This document shows, piece after piece, positions 45,751 through 55,448 of a stretch of DNA of 64,000 nt. The position numbers and the translations under genes are program-made. This DNA comes from Burkholderiales bacterium (GTDB taxonomy: Bacteria; Pseudomonadota; Gammaproteobacteria; Burkholderiales; Burkholderiaceae_C): contig JBBRYR010000008.1 in NCBI GenBank assembly GCA_038237415.1, forward strand, positions 25,852-89,851, read 5' to 3'. Within the stretch, counting starts at the first letter, position 1. Every line of letters begins with the position of its first letter. Below the pieces are notes generated by a model. That model was not told where the DNA came from and made no database searches. It saw nothing but the letters and a program-made list of their open reading frames with translations.

Positions 45751-46173
45751 ATGCGTCGCAACTCATTTATCCTCGCAGGCGTTCTCGCGCTTGGCGCACT
45801 GGTTACGGGCTGCGCCACGACACCACCCACCCGGGACCGCGTGGTTTTCCAGGTCAGTGATGACGACTCCAAGAAGTGGAACCTGGCGCTGAACAATGCC
45901 AAGAACGTTCAGGACAGCTTTGGCGCCGCGAATGTGGACATCGAAATCGTCGTTTATGGACCAGGCATCGGCATGCTCAAGGCGGAGGCACCCATCGCCA
46001 ACCGCGTCAGCGCCGCGGTCAAGAGCGGGGTGAACATTGTTGCGTGCGAAAACACGATGGCTGGCGCCAATCTCACCAGGGCGGATATGAATGCCGACAT
46101 TGGCTATGTGCCTGCGGGCGTCGTCGAATTGATGACGCGCCAAAAGCAGGGCTGGAGCTACATCCGGCCCTGA
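45751..46173 (+). CDS. DsrE/DsrF-like lipoprotein
   Basis: Lipoprotein-type signal LVTGC; IEIVVYGPGI, VACENTM, VPAGVVEL, QGWSYIRP. Confidence 0.85.
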   Translation: MRRNSFILAGVLALGALVTGCATTPPTRDRVVFQVSDDDSKKWNLALNNAKNVQDSFGAANVDIEIVVYGPGIGMLKAEAPIANRVSAAVKSGVNIVACENTMAGANLTRADMNADIGYVPAGVVELMTRQKQGWSYIRP

Positions 46174-47024
46174 TGATGCCCCGTACCCCCCTGCTGATTG
46201 CACTGGCCATGCTGGCCTTTGCGGGCAATTCGCTTTTGTGTCGCATGGCGCTGAAGCACACCACGATTGATGCTGCCAGCTTCACCACGGTACGGCTTGC
46301 GTCAGGCGCCTTCATGCTGTGGCTGGTGGTGCGTCTGCGTCGCGGCAGTGGCCAGCCGCGGGGTGGCGACTGGCTTTCGGCACTGGCGTTGTTTGCTTAT
46401 GCCGCAGGGTTTTCGTTTGCCTATGTTGGCATGTCTGCAGCCACGGGCGCCTTGCTGCTGTTTGGCGCAGTTCAGGCTACCATGATTGGATACGGTGTTG
46501 CCCGGGGCGAGCGCATGCGTCCACTTCAGGTAACCGGTTTTGCATTGGCTCTGGCCGGGTTGGTGGCGCTGATGCTGCCGGGGCTGGCCACGCCCAGCCT
46601 GAGCGGCTCGCTGTCCATGCTGCTCGCCGGCGTGGCCTGGGGGGTGTATTCGCTGCGCGGCAAACACATGCAAATCGCCCGTCCAAGTGACCCGACGCAG
46701 GTAACCGCGGGCAACTTTTTGCGCGCCGTGCCCATGGCACTGGGGTTGAGTCTGGTGATGCACGGACAGCAGTCGCTGGACGGCAATGGCATTGCGCTTG
46801 CCGTGGCGTCGGGTGCAGTGGCTTCCGGCTTGGGTTATGCCGTTTGGTACCGGGTTCTGCCCGTGATTCAGGCCACCCACGCTGCCACCGTACAACTCAG
46901 TGTGCCGGTCATTGCGGCCCTGGGCGGAGTCGTCTTGCTGGGCGAACCCTTGGCACTCTCCATGGTGCTGGCGTCTGTCGCCATTTTGGGCGGTATTGCC
47001 CTGGTCATCCAAAACAGAAAATAG
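46173..47024 (+). CDS. DMT/EamA-family transporter
   Basis: AFAGNSLLCR, FSFAY, QLSVPVIAA, LLGEP; start overlaps the DsrE stop. Confidence 0.9.
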   Translation: MMPRTPLLIALAMLAFAGNSLLCRMALKHTTIDAASFTTVRLASGAFMLWLVVRLRRGSGQPRGGDWLSALALFAYAAGFSFAYVGMSAATGALLLFGAVQATMIGYGVARGERMRPLQVTGFALALAGLVALMLPGLATPSLSGSLSMLLAGVAWGVYSLRGKHMQIARPSDPTQVTAGNFLRAVPMALGLSLVMHGQQSLDGNGIALAVASGAVASGLGYAVWYRVLPVIQATHAATVQLSVPVIAALGGVVLLGEPLALSMVLASVAILGGIALVIQNRK

Positions 47025-47070
47025 CGGGCCAAAGGCACGCACCCGCCGCTGCCAGAGTCATCAAAATGTC

Positions 47071-49053
47071 ATGAATCAAGCGCAGTATTGCGCCATGCGC
47101 AATAGCCAAGATTCCAGCCAACATACCCCGGACAAAGTACAGCCTGATGAGGTTTGGAGCCAGGAGGTGTGCCTGTCACTGATCCAGAGTCTATGGACCC
47201 TGCGCCAAACCATGCTGGACCTGGAGCCTGTCTTTGCAACCGAGTTGCAGCAGGTGCAGCCCGGATACCAGCAGAGCGCCAGAAATCTGATTCATTACCT
47301 GGCCCTGCGCAGCGTCGACATGCGCGACCTGCAGGACAAACTGGCGTGGCTGGGATTGTCCTCATTAGGGCGCTCTGAATCGCACGTGCTGGCAAACCTG
47401 GACAAGGTCTTGGGGATATTGCACCGTTTGACGGGTCAGCCTTGGCACGACCGGTCGCCCGAGGAACCAATTGGCAGCGTCAGCGGCCGCCAGCTCCTGC
47501 AACGGCACAGCGCCGCGTTGCTGGGTGCCCCCAACGCCGGCCGGCCGGTGCGCATCATGGTCACGCTGCCGAGCGAGGCGGCCCATGACTCCGAAGTGGT
47601 GCGCAATCTGGTGAAGGCGGGCATGGACATTGCCCGCATCAACTGCGCGCATGACGATGCGAAGGCATGGCTGGCCATGGCAACCCACGTCAAACGCGCG
47701 GCCAAGTCGGCCCAGCGCGAGATTCGTATCCTGATGGATCTGGGGGGACCCAAAATCAGAACGGGCGAGGTGCAAGCGCGCCCGGCGGTGCTGCGCCTGC
47801 GCCCGCACCGCGACGACTTCGGCAGGGTGTATCACCCTGCGCGGCTTGGACTTTTTTCAGGCGAATTGCCGGGAGCAGTCGACGATGTGGATGCCTGCAT
47901 TGCGGTGGATCCAGAATGGCTCAATCGCTTGAAAGTGGGCTCGCAAATTGATTACGCCGATGCACGCGGTGCAAGGCGCCACCTGATGGTGGTGTCCAGG
48001 GACGACGCACTGGTCATTGCAGAAAGCATCCAGACGGCCTACCTGACGCCGGATACCGCCTTGACGTTGACCAGCAGCGGAGGCAAGAAGAAGTTCCAGA
48101 CGGTGGTGGGCACCATGGACGATGCGCCCGGTGTGGTGCAGCTGCACCGTGGCGAGATTCTTCAACTGACCAAAGACGGGTTGGGGCATTCCGCAGTGCG
48201 GGAAGACGGCGCCGAGGACGAGGTTCTGAAACCTGCGCGTATTGCCTGCACCTTGCCGCAAATTTTTAGCCAGGTTCACATCGGCGAGCGCATCTGGTTT
48301 GACGACGGTCGCATCGGTGGCGTGATTCGCCATGTGTCCGAAAAGTGGCTGGAGGTGGAGATCACGCAGGCCCGGCCGGGGGGCGAGCGGCTGGCCGCCG
48401 ACAAAGGCATCAACCTGCCGGACAGCCAGCTTGACCTGCCCGCCTTGACTGAAAAAGACCTGGAGGACCTGGCCACCGTTGCCAGTTGCGCGGACATGGT
48501 GGGTTTGTCATTTGTACAAAAACCTGCAGACATTCATGTGCTGCGTGAGCACCTGAAGCGCCTGGACCGCGAAGACATGGGCATCATTCTGAAAATTGAA
48601 ACCCTGCAGGGTTTTGAGAACCTGCCGGAACTCATGCTGGCCGCGATGGCAGCGTCATCCGCCGGCGTGATGATCGCGCGCGGCGACCTTGCCGTGGAAT
48701 GCGGCTATGAGCGTTTGGCCGAAGTGCAGGAAGAAATTTTGTGGTGCGCCGAGGCGGCGCACTTGCCGGTGATCTGGGCCACGCAGGTTCTGGAAACGCT
48801 GGCCAAAACCGGCGTACCCTCCAGGGCCGAGATTTCAGACGCCGGACTGGGAGTGCGCGCCGAGTGCGTGATGCTCAACAAGGGCCCCTACATTACCGAC
48901 GCGATCCGCTCGCTGGACGATATTTTGCAGCGCATGGGTGGGCATCAGGCCAAGAAGCGGCCCCTACTCAGAGCGTTACGCGCTTGGGGAGGTGCCCCGA
49001 CCACGGCTGCCAATCAACGTTCGGCTGCAGCCAGACACCCGAAAAAAAGTTAA
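47071..49053 (+). CDS. pyk: Pyruvate kinase, atypical long form
   Basis: RIMVTLP, ARINCAHD, DLGGPKIRTG, KGINLP, LKIET, MIARGDLAVE, WATQVLE, ECVMLNKG. Start may be 47095. Confidence 0.88.
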   Translation: MNQAQYCAMRNSQDSSQHTPDKVQPDEVWSQEVCLSLIQSLWTLRQTMLDLEPVFATELQQVQPGYQQSARNLIHYLALRSVDMRDLQDKLAWLGLSSLGRSESHVLANLDKVLGILHRLTGQPWHDRSPEEPIGSVSGRQLLQRHSAALLGAPNAGRPVRIMVTLPSEAAHDSEVVRNLVKAGMDIARINCAHDDAKAWLAMATHVKRAAKSAQREIRILMDLGGPKIRTGEVQARPAVLRLRPHRDDFGRVYHPARLGLFSGELPGAVDDVDACIAVDPEWLNRLKVGSQIDYADARGARRHLMVVSRDDALVIAESIQTAYLTPDTALTLTSSGGKKKFQTVVGTMDDAPGVVQLHRGEILQLTKDGLGHSAVREDGAEDEVLKPARIACTLPQIFSQVHIGERIWFDDGRIGGVIRHVSEKWLEVEITQARPGGERLAADKGINLPDSQLDLPALTEKDLEDLATVASCADMVGLSFVQKPADIHVLREHLKRLDREDMGIILKIETLQGFENLPELMLAAMAASSAGVMIARGDLAVECGYERLAEVQEEILWCAEAAHLPVIWATQVLETLAKTGVPSRAEISDAGLGVRAECVMLNKGPYITDAIRSLDDILQRMGGHQAKKRPLLRALRAWGGAPTTAANQRSAAARHPKKS

Positions 49054-50351
49054 CGGCACAGTTGCCGCACCACCTCGGCCATGTCGGGCCGGTCAGCCGG
49101 CAAGGGGCTCAGGCATGCCTGCGCCAAAACATTGAATTCATTGATGAGCCCTGCATGGTCGCCGTCGTGCTCTGCATGCAAAGCCAGTTCGTCCAGCAAG
49201 CAGCCAAAGGCGCGCACTTCCAGCGCTTGCAGGGCGCGCCGTTGGCCGGACTGCCCTTGCGGCAACAAGGTCGCGGCGCCAAAGTCGCTTAGCAGGGCTT
49301 CTCCGTTGGCGGGGTTCCAGAGGATGTTGTGGGCATACAGGTCACCATGCATCACGCCCCGCTGGTGCAAATGGGCTACTGCAGCAGCCATTTGCCGTGC
49401 CACGTTCAACACGCTGCTGGCTGCAATGCGCAGCTGGGGCGGATACACATCGCGGGTGCAGCTTTCCAGACTGGGCGGCCCTGCCAGGTTGATGTGGGTG
49501 GGCGGTATCAGCGGCAGCAGCAGGCCGCGCGCGCCTTGCGGATGGCCCACCAATTCGCCGCTGGGGGTGCACAACGCGGGGTGTTGGCCAGCGGCCAAAC
49601 TGGCGGCCAGCTCGTGCTCGGGCAGGCCATCACTGGTGACCGCGCCTTTGAACACCTTGAGCGCCAGGCTCTCCCCGCTGCTCCGGTGCTGCGCCCGATA
49701 AATCAGCCCGGACGCGCCCTCGCCCAGCAGGGTGCCCACGTGCAGCTGGTGCCACGGTACTGCGTCCATGGGCGCGGGCGCGGCGCGGTGCCAGCCCAAG
49801 GGGTTGCCCGAAAGCGCCAACCAACTCAGGCGTGGCAGTTCAGTCAGCCAACCTGGCAATTGCGACAACTGGTTGGCCGCCAGGCGTATCAGCTCCAGCT
49901 GGTGCGCCTGCGCCAGCCCTTGCGGCAAGCTGCGCAGCTGGTTGCCGGCCAGCATCAGCTTTTGCAGTGTGGCACGCTGGCCCAGTTCGGGTGGCAGGGT
50001 GGTGATGGCGTTATCGGTGAGTATCAGCCAGCGCAGCAGGGGCGGCAGCGCTGCGCCAGGTACATCGGCGATGCGGTTGGCCTTGAAGCCCACCACTTGC
50101 AGTGTGGGGCAAGCGCCCAGCACCTCCGGCAACTGGGTGAAATCATTGTCCGAGCAGAAAATAACCTTGAGCCGGTGCAGGCGTGGCAGGTCGTGCGGCA
50201 AGCTGCGGAGCTGGTTGCCCGACAGGTTGAGCACCTCCAGGGTGTCCGCCAGGGCAAATACTTCGGCGGGCACGGCTGCCAAGTCACAAGACAGGTCCAG
50301 GCGGCGCGTGCCTGCCAGTGCGCCGCTGCGCAGTTGTTCAAGGGTGTGCAT
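49050..50351 (-). CDS. Leucine-rich-repeat Ser/Thr-kinase-like protein
   Basis: LxxLxLxxNxL repeats; LGEGASG, ALKVFK, HGDLYAHN, DFG. Confidence 0.92.
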   Translation of the reverse strand: MHTLEQLRSGALAGTRRLDLSCDLAAVPAEVFALADTLEVLNLSGNQLRSLPHDLPRLHRLKVIFCSDNDFTQLPEVLGACPTLQVVGFKANRIADVPGAALPPLLRWLILTDNAITTLPPELGQRATLQKLMLAGNQLRSLPQGLAQAHQLELIRLAANQLSQLPGWLTELPRLSWLALSGNPLGWHRAAPAPMDAVPWHQLHVGTLLGEGASGLIYRAQHRSSGESLALKVFKGAVTSDGLPEHELAASLAAGQHPALCTPSGELVGHPQGARGLLLPLIPPTHINLAGPPSLESCTRDVYPPQLRIAASSVLNVARQMAAAVAHLHQRGVMHGDLYAHNILWNPANGEALLSDFGAATLLPQGQSGQRRALQALEVRAFGCLLDELALHAEHDGDHAGLINEFNVLAQACLSPLPADRPDMAEVVRQLCR

Positions 50352-50431
50352 GCAGGGTTAACGGAAGTGAGAGAGTCATCACGCGGTGCGTGCGACGTGG
50401 GGTGCTGATTATCGAGGCCAAAAAATAGTTG

Positions 50432-50744
50432 CCCCCGCAGACTGTGCGCCACGCTGTGGATAACCGCACTGGGAAGCCGCCAAACCCGCGCCAGTACTGG
50501 CTTGGCGGACCATGCCTAATAATTAATCAACATACGTATCAGCGTGATCAGGTTTCAGTCGTTTCTCGAATGAAGCACTTTTTTGTGATAGCAGTTACAG
50601 CGGCAATGCATAGGGCACCCTGCTGGCCGCAGAGGCCCATTGTTACCCCTGATTTCTGTGGAGCACGCTGTGGATAACAATGTTCACAAGTCACCAAACC
50701 CGCGCCAGCAGGGGCTATAAGCCGGGTGCCTTGCAAATGAGCAG
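50432..50744 (+). repeat. Composite element: two family-B units with DnaA boxes
   Basis: TGTGGATAA at 50455 and 50669 (214 bp apart); TGTGATAGCA at 50584; GTGCCTTGCAAATGAGCAG at 50726. Confidence 0.85.
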
Positions 50745-50794
50745 CGGCACAACACACGCCCTGATTGGGCATTGCCACGGCTGGAATGTTGGGG

Positions 50795-52009
50795 CTAGAC
50801 CTTGAGGACCTTGGCCACCGGGTTGTGCCGTAGCCGGAACGCGTCGGGCATGCCCGAGCCCAGCAATGGGCGCAGGTACATGCGAAAAGCATCGGTCACA
50901 TCGGTGCCACTGGGGGCGATGAATTCGTCTTCCATGACGCGGGTTTTACCGGCCACCGCGTCGAGCGGCAGCAGCTCGTAATCCGCCGAGTAAAAGCCGG
51001 TGCGCTTGATGGCGACTGAACCATCGCGCCCGCCCCACATGGCGTACTGCACGGCCTTCTCGCCCACCTCGCGTGCCTCGCGCTGATCCACATCCGACAC
51101 GCAGCCGATAAAAGAGCGCTGCAGGTAGCCAAAGGTGTCGCCGCGCACGCGTTTGATGCCCAGCTTGGCCTTGATTTCTTCGCACAGCAGGTCGGCCAGC
51201 GCACCGTTGCCGGAGAGCTGCACGTTGCCATGGGCGTCGTGCTCCAGGTCTTTGGCCAACATCGTGGCGATGGGCGCGCCACTGGCGTCATGAATGCCTT
51301 CTGATACGGCAATCACACAACGGCCATAGCGCGCGTAGGTGGCTTTGACGTCCGCCAGAAATTGCTCCAGCACAAAGATGCGCTCGGGCAGGTAGATCAG
51401 GTGGGGGCCGTCATCCGGAAATTTTTTGCCCAGAGCAGATGCCGCCGTCAAAAAGCCGGCGTGGCGGCCCATGACCACGCCCACATAGACGCCGGGCAGC
51501 GCGGCGTTGTCCAGGTTGGCACCCGCAAAGGCCTGCGCCACAAAACGTGCGGCAGACGGGTAGCCCGGGGTGTGGTCGTTGCCCACCAGGTCGTTGTCGA
51601 TGGTCTTGGGAATGTGAATACTGCGCAGCGGATAACCCGCCTTTTGCGCCTCCAGGCTGACGATGCGCACGGTGTCGCTTGAATCGTTGCCGCCAATGTA
51701 GAAAAAGTGCTCGATCTCGTGTGCGCGCAGCACCTTGAAGATTTCCTGGCAGTAGGCCAGGTCGGGCTTGTCACGGGTGGAGCCGAGCGCGCTGGACGGT
51801 GTGTTGGCTACCAGCTCCAGGTTGTGGCTGGTTTCCTGGGTCAGGTCGACAAAGTTCTCATCGACGATGCCGCGTACACCATGCAATGCGCCGTAGATGC
51901 GCTCAATGCCACCAAAGCGTCGCGCTTCCAGCGCCACGCCCACCAAAGACTGGTTGATCACCGCAGTGGGGCCGCCGCCTTGGGCGACGAGTATTTTTCC
52001 GGATGCCAT
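50795..52009 (-). CDS. 6-phosphofructokinase, probably PPi-dependent
   Basis: AQGGGPTAVIN, IGGNDS (Asp), PKTIDND (Lys), VMGRHAG. The Asp/Lys pair is the PPi-type signature. Confidence 0.9.
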   Translation of the reverse strand: MASGKILVAQGGGPTAVINQSLVGVALEARRFGGIERIYGALHGVRGIVDENFVDLTQETSHNLELVANTPSSALGSTRDKPDLAYCQEIFKVLRAHEIEHFFYIGGNDSSDTVRIVSLEAQKAGYPLRSIHIPKTIDNDLVGNDHTPGYPSAARFVAQAFAGANLDNAALPGVYVGVVMGRHAGFLTAASALGKKFPDDGPHLIYLPERIFVLEQFLADVKATYARYGRCVIAVSEGIHDASGAPIATMLAKDLEHDAHGNVQLSGNGALADLLCEEIKAKLGIKRVRGDTFGYLQRSFIGCVSDVDQREAREVGEKAVQYAMWGGRDGSVAIKRTGFYSADYELLPLDAVAGKTRVMEDEFIAPSGTDVTDAFRMYLRPLLGSGMPDAFRLRHNPVAKVLKV

Positions 52010-52123
52010 GGCGGGTTTCCTTATCGAAGTGGGATGAGGCCGGGTGTCCATCCCATTGTGCATCGCCCAAACAGGCGCGGCTAGACCTGTGCGCGCGAGC
52101 GCGCATGGCTTACCCGACCATTT

Positions 52124-52168
52124 CACTATCAAATAGATAGCTGCCTGCGCATATTCCACGGGGGCTGG
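52124..52168 (+). repeat. 45-bp repeat family A, isolated copy
   Basis: CACTATCAAATAGATAGC-TGCCTGCGC-ATATTCCAC-GGGGGCTGG. Confidence 0.9.
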
Positions 52169-52211
52169 CGGCCATTTTTATCTATAGACTTCGGGTTTTG
52201 CCCATTTCACC

Positions 52212-52835
52212 ATGCCACCACCTGATTTCAGCCCCGCAGCGGACCGCAACAAGCAGCCCATCCTCGAAGTGCTTCGGCAAGTCTTGCCGCCGCATGGCAG
52301 CGCGCTGGAGATTGCGTCAGGCACCGGCCAGCATGTGGCGTGGTTTGCGGCCGGCCTGCCGCACTGGACCTGGCAGCCCACCGACGCACAGCCGGGCGGG
52401 CTGAGCAGCATTGCGGGCTGGGTGGCCCAACAGCACCTGGAGAATGTGCGCGCACCGGTGTTGCTGGACGTGATGGCACCGCGCTGGCTTGCGCAAGACG
52501 CCCAACGGGGCCCCATCGTGTTTGATGCCATCTACTGCGCCAACATGCTGCACATTGCCCCCTGGGCCACCTGCGCGGCCTTGATGCACGGGGCGGCTCG
52601 GCACCTTGCGACCAAGGGCGTGCTGATTACCTACGGCCCCTATCTGGAAGACGATGTATCCACCTCCCCCGGAAATCAGTCGTTTGACCAAAGTCTGCGT
52701 GCCCAAAACCCGGCCTGGGGCATTCGTCGGCGTGAAGACGTGGAGCAAGAAGCCAGGCTGGCGGGACTGCATCTGATTGAGCGGCACACCATGCCCTCCA
52801 ACAACCTCTTGCTGGTGTGGGCCAAGAAGGCCTGA
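52212..52835 (+). CDS. DUF938-family SAM-dependent methyltransferase
   Basis: AADRNKQPIL, LEIASGTGQH, NMLHIAPW, YGPY, MPSNN. Confidence 0.92.
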   Translation: MPPPDFSPAADRNKQPILEVLRQVLPPHGSALEIASGTGQHVAWFAAGLPHWTWQPTDAQPGGLSSIAGWVAQQHLENVRAPVLLDVMAPRWLAQDAQRGPIVFDAIYCANMLHIAPWATCAALMHGAARHLATKGVLITYGPYLEDDVSTSPGNQSFDQSLRAQNPAWGIRRREDVEQEARLAGLHLIERHTMPSNNLLLVWAKKA

Positions 52836-52847
52836 GCGCAGCAGGAC

Positions 52848-54413
52848 TCAGCTTGCCCGCGATGGCGCCAGCACGACCCGCTGTTTGCCCGATTGCTTGG
52901 CTAGGTACATGGCCTGGTCTGCGGCAGCGGTCAGCGTTTTCAGGGTATCGCCGCACTCCGGGTAAAGCGCCACACCCACGCTGGCAGACACAGACACCAG
53001 ACAGTCGGCATAGGGCATGGAGAGCAGTGCGATGATGCGTTCAGCTGTCTCCAGCGCGCTTTCCTCGCTCACATCGGTCAGCAGGATGATGAATTCGTCT
53101 CCGCCAATTCTGGCCGCAATGTCAGAGGCACGAATGACCTCCTGAATACGCTGGGCCACCGTTTTCAACACCCCATCACCTGCGGCGTGGCCATGCGTGT
53201 CGTTGACGCCCTTGAAGCCATCCAGATCCACGGCCAGCAAGGCCATCGTTTGACCTCGGCGTGAGGCAAACGCGAGGTCGTGCTCTGCCACCTCGTCAAA
53301 CAGCAGGCGGTTGGGCAGTTCGGTCAAGGCATCGTGCTGGGCCAGAAATTTGACCTTTTTCATGGCCTGTGCCGCCTGCCGCATGGCGTGCCCCACAGCC
53401 TGGGCCTCTTCCAATTGCATGGTGGGCAGTTGCACATCCTCACCCTTGCTCAGGGAGAGGGCCGCGTCATTGAGCTCGCGCACCGACAACAGCACCCGCA
53501 TTGAAATGGTGCGCGCCAGCCAGATCCCCAAACCCAATGCGGCCAATACGCCCACGAGCACGCGTGCGAGTTGCCACGCCATGTCGTACTCGAGCCGCAC
53601 TTTCGGCGCGCCTACCACCACACTCCACCGCCAGGCACCGGAGGTCGCATACCCCACAAACATGGCAACTCCTTCCCTGTTGCGGACCTGGATCTGGCCA
53701 TCCCCATTTTGGGCAATGGCTTCCATCAGCTCGGGGACCGCCTTTTTCCCTACGTACAGCTCGGCATCGCGCGAGCGCCCGACGATCGTTCCAGAGCTGT
53801 CACTCACTGCGGCCAGCCAGCCCCGAGGCAATTTCTGGCGGTTAAGAATAGCGGTGATACGCCTGGGGTCAAGACCCATGTTCAGACTGTAGGCAATCTG
53901 CTTGTGAACCTCTACTGGAACGCCAATGGCAATGGCGGGCAATTGGGTGAGCTGTCCAGTGAACATATCGGTCAGTACGGTCGCATGGTCTGTAAACACG
54001 CGCGCGATCTGCGGCGGTGTTCCGGTTGCGGGAAGCGCCTCACCATACGGTTGGAGGGTATTCAGAATCTGTCGTCCCCCGCGGTCAGTGACGATGTAGT
54101 TGTGCGCGATGCCGGGCGCCAGCGCATCGACGGCCCTTTGGTGGAAGCTGCGCAAGTCGCCGGCCGAAAGCTCGTTGGCGGTGGCAAGAATCTTGAGAGC
54201 GGACTCAATGGTCGCAATTTCACGCTCCAGATCGGCCAGAATCGTACGCGCCATCAGCACCGTCTGCTGCTCAACGTGGTCGCGCTGCAACCTGTAGTTG
54301 GAATAGGCCAATGTGGCACTAACCAGTGCGGCAGGCATCACGCATACGATGACCAGCAGCATCAAATTGCGACGCAGCGAGTAGTGATGACTGGTTAACA
54401 CCGAATTCAGCAT
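52848..54413 (-). CDS. Cache-sensor diguanylate cyclase
   Basis: TM-Cache-TM, HDALTELPNR, DLDGFKGVND, ARIGGDEF. Confidence 0.92.
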   Translation of the reverse strand: MLNSVLTSHHYSLRRNLMLLVIVCVMPAALVSATLAYSNYRLQRDHVEQQTVLMARTILADLEREIATIESALKILATANELSAGDLRSFHQRAVDALAPGIAHNYIVTDRGGRQILNTLQPYGEALPATGTPPQIARVFTDHATVLTDMFTGQLTQLPAIAIGVPVEVHKQIAYSLNMGLDPRRITAILNRQKLPRGWLAAVSDSSGTIVGRSRDAELYVGKKAVPELMEAIAQNGDGQIQVRNREGVAMFVGYATSGAWRWSVVVGAPKVRLEYDMAWQLARVLVGVLAALGLGIWLARTISMRVLLSVRELNDAALSLSKGEDVQLPTMQLEEAQAVGHAMRQAAQAMKKVKFLAQHDALTELPNRLLFDEVAEHDLAFASRRGQTMALLAVDLDGFKGVNDTHGHAAGDGVLKTVAQRIQEVIRASDIAARIGGDEFIILLTDVSEESALETAERIIALLSMPYADCLVSVSASVGVALYPECGDTLKTLTAAADQAMYLAKQSGKQRVVLAPSRAS

Positions 54414-54592
54414 GTGTTGTATTGCCGATTGTTTAGCCCCTGCCCTGAGGCGCACTATCGCAGATGCCGGGCGGCGGTGCAAATAGCGTTGCACACCCTG
54501 CAACCCTTCTTTGCACAAAGACCCCTGCCGTTTACACCGGGTACACATGGAGGCCACACGATCGAGGCTCTTTCAACACAAGGAGCTACTCC

Positions 54593-55030
54593 ATGAAATC
54601 CACCGCTATTGTCTGTGCCATTGCCGTAGCCAGCCTGGGGTTCAGTGCACTCTCTTTCGCAGAGGGCAATGACCGGCACGGCCCGCGGGAAGATCAGTAC
54701 AGGGCTCAGCAATACGGCGATCAGCGGGGCGAGCAGCGTTATGAACGCCGTGATGAAGGTCGCGCCGGGCGCTGGGATGATCGCCGCTTTGACCGTTACG
54801 ACGACCGCCGCAACGACCGCCGCGCCTATTACAACGCCCACGGCCCGGAATTCAGGCGCGGTGGCTATGTGCCACGCGAGTTCCATAACCACCGCTATGT
54901 GGTGACGGATTACCGTGCCTATCGCCTGAGTCCACCCCCAAGAGGTCACGAGTGGGTGCAGGTGGGGCCGGACTTTGTTTTGATCGCGATTGCCACGGGC
55001 CTGATCGCCCATATCGTGCTCAGCCAGTGA
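54593..55030 (+). CDS. RcnB-family periplasmic protein
   Basis: RBS AAGGAG; signal peptide; Arg/Asp-rich linker; YRLSPPPRGHEWVQVGPDFVLIAIATGLI. Confidence 0.88.
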   Translation: MKSTAIVCAIAVASLGFSALSFAEGNDRHGPREDQYRAQQYGDQRGEQRYERRDEGRAGRWDDRRFDRYDDRRNDRRAYYNAHGPEFRRGGYVPREFHNHRYVVTDYRAYRLSPPPRGHEWVQVGPDFVLIAIATGLIAHIVLSQ

Positions 55031-55055
55031 AACGACGGCCCACTTCATGAAAATA

Positions 55056-55374
55056 CTTACCCCTGAGAGCTGTGGGCCACGTTGTGGATAACTAGACTCA
55101 CAAGCTGCCAATCCCGCACCAGTGCTGGCTTTGCAGCCGCTGCTCATTATTTAAGCAAATCAGGTAATTCACTGGAAGATTTTTTGCCTAATTTGCCAAT
55201 GGGAAAGAAATGTGTGATAGCAAAAAATAGTGTTGGTCAATCTGCTGCAATGCAGCACCTATGAGTCCCCAGTTACCCCCGATTCCTGTGGGCCACGTTG
55301 TGGATAACTATGTTTATAAGCCTCAAAACCCGCACCACGACTGGCTTTGCCGACAGTGCCTTGTAATTGACCAG
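55056..55374 (+). repeat. Second copy of the composite DnaA-box element
   Basis: TGTGGATAA at 55083 and 55299 (216 bp apart); TGTGATAGCA at 55213; GTGCCTTGTAATTGACCAG at 55356. Confidence 0.85.
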
Positions 55375-55448
55375 TGGGCTGGGCCTATGATGCAGGCCCG
55401 CCCTTGAGCAAGTGACCAGCGAGTGATCTATGAATCCGGACTCCATTA

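Noticed and set aside
50429-50892. ORFs 50429-50677 (+) and 50548-50892 (-), and likewise 54455-55147 (-)
   Set aside because: They are translations of the non-coding DnaA-box repeat or antisense shadows of real genes (shared YPQR.PQ peptide); no RBS or protein motifs.
50432-55374. Chromosomal origin (oriC)
   Set aside because: Only two perfect DnaA boxes per element, about 215 bp apart; no dnaA, dnaN, gyrB or gidA neighbours; the element is repeated.
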